A stretch of 64,000 nt of DNA from Podarcis cretensis (lineage: Eukaryota), in assembly GCA_951804945.1 (NCBI GenBank), contig OX638155.1, positions 23,374,001-23,438,000 on the forward strand. Direction: 5' to 3'. Below are positions 61,470-64,000 of the stretch, one piece after another. Position 1 is the first letter of the stretch; each line of letters begins with the position of its first letter. The notes beneath the pieces are model-generated. The model made no database searches. It saw nothing but the letters and a program-made list of their open reading frames with translations, and was not told the DNA's origin. The position numbers were made by a program, and so were the translations under genes.

Positions 61470-63407
61470 CCTCTACATGGAAGCATCCCTTGTAACAATA
61501 AGCAGCAGGTCACAAGCCTGCCAGCTTCCTGTGTGTTTCCTATGTCAGGCCATTGGTCTAACCAGCTCAGTATTGTCTAGGTTGACTGGCTGGCAATGAC
61601 TTTCCAGGGTTTCAATTGGGGGACATTCCAAGGCTGACCAGGAGGTGTAAGGGATTTGGACCAACTGATCTCTTATTGTGCACAACTATTCCTTGTCCAA
61701 CAGAGTCTGTTCCCTAACCAATGTTAAAAATGGGTAACATGAAACTACTCTCCAATTCTGACCAAGTATACAAATCCCCTACAATCCACCAGAGGGAGTA
61801 GAGAAGGGGGTGGCTGGGAGAAATACAACAACTATCGTGAAATAAGCTAATATGTCAAAGCTGCCATCTGGGTCCTAGGGTACATGGTCATGGGAATATT
61901 ATGCATGGATAGAAATAATGTATCACAAGAGGGAAAAGTCAGAGAGCTAAAAAGTTTTGTAATATGAAAAAGGGAAGAGTCACGAGGGATATGATCATAG
62001 CTCGGAAACATCTTCAAGGTAACATTATAAAGGAAGGAAGGGAAATTATTCAAAATCTCAGAGCAGGAAGCAACAAGGAGCAAAGGCTTTGAAGCGAAGG
62101 AAGGAAAGGTTTAGGCTAAACAGAAGCATAAAGCTAAGAATAATTAGAGGACTGGAACAGATTCAGAGGCAGCAGAGGCACAATTAAATCAAATATCAAC
62201 AAATGCAGGCTCATTAGTTGGATGCTCATGGGAAAGATGGAATGAATAGACCTATAAAATTCAGATGTTCTGACAGCTCTCCAGTGGCTGACTTATCCAT
62301 AAGTCTTGTTTCACCTGAGACATTTCAGGGGGAAGGCATCTAGTGTGCTTCCAAGCTAGTAGTGCTAGCATTGGGATAAGCAACTGTGAGCTGAACCCAG
62401 CCTTCAGCATTTCCTCACCTTCTGTCAGCATAACTCATGGCCCCCAAAACCTCTCCATCCTTCAGCGATCACCAACCAAGTGCCTACTGGTGTTGTGATG
62501 CCCATAAAGGACTTCAATGACAGCCCTGATCAGCATCTGAGCTTTCATTTTCAAAAAAACTAAGTCTCCAGCCCTCCTAGAAAGAAAGTTATTAAGCAAA
62601 ATGTGCAGGTATCTTTCGAAGCGATTTATGAGAAATGAACCAGTCTGGATGCTGCTATGGATGTAGCCAATAAGTGAAGTCAGAGCTGTGACTGATGAGT
62701 TATTTGGACACCTGGCAATAGGAATCCCTGGGGTCTTAAAGAGCTACTGTTTTCCCCTCCCTGTTAGTGCATTTTCCCTGCTTCTATCTTATTTTCTAAT
62801 CCTTACAATCTCCTTAATTTGCTTTTCCTTTCCTCCTAGCAACCAGCATGCATCTTTCCTGTGGTGGATTCATTTGAGATCAGGTAGTCCCTAGAAGTTG
62901 TTTTCATAAATACTACTACACCCATGTATGAGCTGTGGCCTAGACATATGGGGTCAAGCAATGGAGGTTCCTGAGGAAAGAATTCTGCCTAAGCCCCAGC
63001 TGCTGCTTATGCTGAGGAGACAAAGGGTTCAAGAGCATATGGCCTGTTTTTCAACTCATAAGCCTGTTGGCAGAACCAATAAAGTCGCTGGTCTTTCAAG
63101 CCTTTATTTAATTCAAAATATGTCCCCTGCCAACCAGGGTCTTTGCATAAGGTCTCTCTCTCGCCCAGTGGCTTCACCCAGATTTAATAGATGAGATGGC
63201 CAGTGCCAGTCCAAAACATTTTGCTGCCTGAGGCAGACCAGCTGTCTCCCACCATTCCACATACAGATGGCAACTTGGCTGGCAATTTCAACACTTGTGA
63301 GGGGACAGCAGGGGTGCGGTCACAAACTCCCCCACCCCATTATATCTGGTTATATCATATAAGGGGAGCCACACCCTCCTGGTGTTGCTTTATACCTCCC
63401 TGTATAA

Positions 63408-63752
63408 GTGGGTGGCGCTGTGGGTTAAACCACAGAGCCTAGGACTTCCCAATCAGAAGGTCGGCGGTTCGAATCCCCGCGATGGGGTGAGTTTCCGTTG
63501 CTTGGTCCCTGCTCCTGCCAACCTAGCAGTTTGAAAGCACGTCAAGTGCAAGTACATAAATAGGTACCGCTCTGGTGGGAAGGTAAACTGCATTTCTGTG
63601 CGCTGCTCTGGTTCGCCAGAAGAGGCTTAGTCATGCTGGCCACATAACCTGGAAGCTGTACGCTGGCTCCCTCGGCCAATAAAGCGAGATGAGCGCCGCA
63701 ACCCCAGAGTCGGCCACGACTGGACCTAATAGTCAGGGGTCCCTTTACCTTT
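63408..63752 (+). mobile_element. Sauria SINE
   Basis: Near full-length forward copy ending GGGGTCCCTTTACCTTT. Confidence 0.9.
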
Positions 63753-64000
63753 TTATACATTACCAACAAGAACCAGCACTCAGGTTGATAATGTTTGGTC
63801 AAGTAACAACTAAACTTCAACCTCGGATGCCATTATTTGGGGGCCCAGCTTTTCTCCTTTTACTACCATTGGAAAACAAGCTCTTTGTCTTCTGGGCAGG
63901 AATCTCTCTTGAGTTTCGTGCGTTTTGTGTGCCAAGTTGACACCAGTAGCTCCAGAGACTTATACATATATAGGTAAGCTGTTTATAGAGTCTATATTCG

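Overview
Vertebrate genomic DNA. The Sauria-type SINEs, (TTC)n-tailed Squam3-type SINEs and CR1/L2/RTE/L1 LINEs point to a squamate, probably a lacertid lizard (inference). The + strand carries the last nine coding exons of a type II classical cadherin matching CDH6 (cadherin-6/K-cadherin), at 1766-41521. All exons have canonical AG/GT boundaries and compatible phases, giving 1850 coding nt that end ...GGADSDKDS*. The N-terminal exons lie upstream of the window. The rest is intron, 3' UTR or intergenic sequence rich in transposable elements: TA-flanked Tc1/mariner-pogo-type MITEs, hAT MITEs with 8-bp TSDs (including a nested pair carrying a 69-bp-arm inverted repeat), solo LTRs, three SINE families, and a 5'-truncated but nearly intact CR1 LINE (56726-60192, -). 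I found no novel protein-coding system; almost all ORF-track entries are spurious or TE-derived. The best leads are non-coding: inverted SINE pairs around an in-frame, stop-free exon block (candidate circRNA); a perfect hairpin holding AATAAA on both strands next to paired TCF/LEF-type sites; an orphan 166-bp insertion with a 15-bp TSD; a tRNA-Lys/CR1-tail mini-SINE; and a dispersed ~85-bp hairpin family. Repeat family names and human exon numbers are from recall, not database searches.
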